This document shows, in pieces, positions 63,411-64,000 of a stretch of 64,000 nucleotides of DNA. The notes beneath the pieces are model-generated. The model was not told the DNA's origin, did not search any database, and saw nothing but the letters and a program-made list of their open reading frames with translations. Numbering within the stretch: the stretch's first letter is position 1; each line of letters begins with the position of its first letter. This DNA comes from a virus, in IMG/VR virus record IMGVR_UViG_3300034072_001395, positions 32,571-96,570 of that record. One strand, 5' to 3'. Position numbers and translations under genes: made by a program.

Positions 63411-64000
63411 CTACCCGTACACGGAGACGCGGAGACGCGTGATGACGACCTCGGCCACACCGCCCGGAGAAGCCATCGCGTACAGGGCAGACCCGGTGTA
63501 GCGCGTGCCGGTGCCGGCGGCCGCGGCGTTGACCGCGACCCGGCGGGCCGTGCCGGCCGCCATGTCGGTGAGGCCGGGGGCCGGGAGGGTCGAGGTGCCG
63601 TCATCGAAGCGGCCGCAGACGATGGACCCGCCCACGATGTAGAGCGTCACCACGGTCTGCGTCGGGGTCGTGACCGCCGAGCCCCACGCCGTAGCAACGC
63701 CGTTGGTCATGGTCTGCCACGTCGCGGTCGAGGCCGTCGTCCGGGCCAGTCGCAGGCCGTCGGACACCGAGGTCGCCACGTCGGTCTGTGAGCCCACGGC
63801 CCAGCGGATGGATGAGCCGGAGGCGGTGTCCACGATGTCGGCGCAAGCCATCTGCACGCAGTAGACCTTGCCAAGCAGGTCCTCTGCGGAGACGGAGAGC
63901 AGCGCGTCGAGGTCGATGGCGGCGGTGACCCGGCCCGTTGCGTTCGGGCCGATGAGGACAACCCCGGTCCCGTTCGTGACGCCGACCGTGTGTACCGCGC
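63411..64000 (-). CDS. 5'-truncated Thr/Gly/Ala-rich protein, possible tail fibre or virion protein
   Basis: Frame stays open to the window end; beta-rich composition. Confidence 0.45.
   Translation of the reverse strand, partial: AVHTVGVTNGTGVVLIGPNATGRVTAAIDLDALLSVSAEDLLGKVYCVQMACADIVDTASGSSIRWAVGSQTDVATSVSDGLRLARTTASTATWQTMTNGVATAWGSAVTTPTQTVVTLYIVGGSIVCGRFDDGTSTLPAPGLTDMAAGTARRVAVNAAAAGTGTRYTGSALYAMASPGGVAEVVITRLRVSVYG

Overview
GC-rich window that reads as the non-structural part of a large tailed dsDNA phage genome. No integrase, rRNA, tRNA or CRISPR array was seen. Both ends cut through probable virion or assembly genes. Replication/recombination genes: primase-Zn finger-UL9/origin-binding-like SF2 helicase fusion, DUF927/Cch-like ATPase, SNF2-like helicase, Cas4/AddB-like nuclease, Sak4-like ATPase, SSB, UDG-fused family A polymerase, SMC/Rad50-like ATPase and RNase H. 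Nucleotide supply: class II RNR with a mini-intein, dUTPase, ThyA, DHFR, DUF3310 and a Nudix enzyme. Also four methyltransferase genes (one a nuclease-MTase fusion), two stand-alone DUF262 proteins, a Tad1-like anti-defence sponge, an HU-like protein, an amidase endolysin and a ~10 kb run of small early-type genes separated by hairpins. The most striking unexplained structure is non-coding: a GATC-rich repeat family (core GTATCGGTCAACGATCTCACCACT) in four large divergent intergenic regions (~7.5, 20.1, 37.5, 58.6 kb), arranged as two nested inverted pairs. One locus flanks the origin-binding-like helicase and another flanks a tandem array of five related winged-helix proteins. All family calls come from motif recognition by eye, not database searches; start codons were adjusted by hand where the ORF track over-extends.
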